Below the pieces are notes generated by a model. The model saw nothing but the letters and a program-made list of their open reading frames with translations, was not told the origin of the DNA and made no database searches. The position numbers and the translations under genes were made by a program. 64,000 bases of DNA from Takakia lepidozioides (Eukaryota; Plantae; Bryophyta), in assembly GCA_030704615.1 (NCBI GenBank), contig CM060733.1:54374001-54438000 (forward strand), read 5' to 3'. Below are positions 63,241 through 64,000 of this stretch, one piece after another. Position 1 is the first letter of the stretch. The number at the start of each line of letters is the position of its first letter.

Positions 63241-64000
63241 GTTGTGTGCGTTTTGTTTTTCCCGTTAAAAGAGGCCCTGCTGTACATGAGTTGTGGAGAA
63301 AATAAATCCAACAGCTTTACTCTGTGGAGCTTTTGTGGGGGTTTATCATATCATCCCAAACATTAGGGCACAGGGTATAGGGTTTCACTGAATTGAATAC
63401 TCTGAAGGATGTAGTGATTGATGATAAACCCTTGCAGATTACCTTTTGGTTTCATTGTTAGACCGTAAACATGGAAGATCTCTATATCCTGGTGAGACAA
63501 TGTTGAATTGCACACAAGGATACTTGTTTAGATAGACTTAACACATGCAAATCTACAGAATGTGCTATCTTCTCGTGTGACCCACTCTTCTTTCTGAATG
63601 CCTACAGTTTCGATCCACTCTGGTTGCAAGATGCATTTCCACTGATGGCGATCCACCATAGTTGGTGCCTTGCAGTTTTTCCCTGAAGCATTCTCATCCA
63701 CTCAACAAGCTTTACTATAGCATCTCCCCAATCTGCTTCATTGAGTTTACCTACATTCATACATCATCATGCTCAAGTTAAGCAAAACTCCTGTACACAA
63801 GCTTCTGCAAAGCACAGCCGAATATGTAGAACACCACACAGATAATGTAGGTAGTTCCACTAACTTCCAGATCTGGACTCCCTCATATGTCGTATCTGTC
63901 AAACTTGCCTGGATCAGACTCGATCCAGCTGCTGTGCAAGGGGTCAAACAATGTCTTCTCTGAGCAATGAATGACAGTGACATAATGGACCATATGAACA

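Noticed and set aside
63650-63930. Possible exon fragments on the minus strand near the window end
   Set aside because: Contain stops, are unrecognised, and their context lies outside the window.

Overview
This is eukaryotic nuclear DNA from a land plant, probably a bryophyte or other non-seed plant. The basis is GT-AG multi-exon genes with plant homologues, a PLS-class PPR, a Crinkler-like gene and the MITE types. Four apparently intact host genes lie on the minus strand: shikimate kinase (9.6-13.4 kb), a TOM1/TOM3-family membrane protein (18.4-22.1 kb), a plastid NusB-domain protein (49.9-54.6 kb) and SEC20 (58.0-62.9 kb). Between and around them is a decayed, rearranged accessory region. 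(i) A ~7.6 kb co-oriented cassette at 34.5-42.1 kb encodes a spliced ParB/Srx-like protein fused to a degenerate beta-class amino-DNA-methyltransferase fold, followed by two FCP1/NIF-like HAD-fold genes. It also carries a six-copy alternating inverted exon array and a repeated palindrome, and is the best candidate for an undescribed mobile system. (ii) Four copies of a fungal-type Mug135/Mug2-C-like coiled-coil gene; two sit inside scrambled duplications of the NusB-SEC20 locus and one sits in the source locus. (iii) A Crinkler-like REase(+kinase) pseudogene joined to a PPR pseudogene. (iv) CACTA, hAT and Tc1/mariner non-autonomous elements, tRNA-derived SINE-like heads and orphan gene fragments (GH1, RPP3). 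All family calls come from motif recognition by eye. No searches were run, and exon boundaries were read manually.
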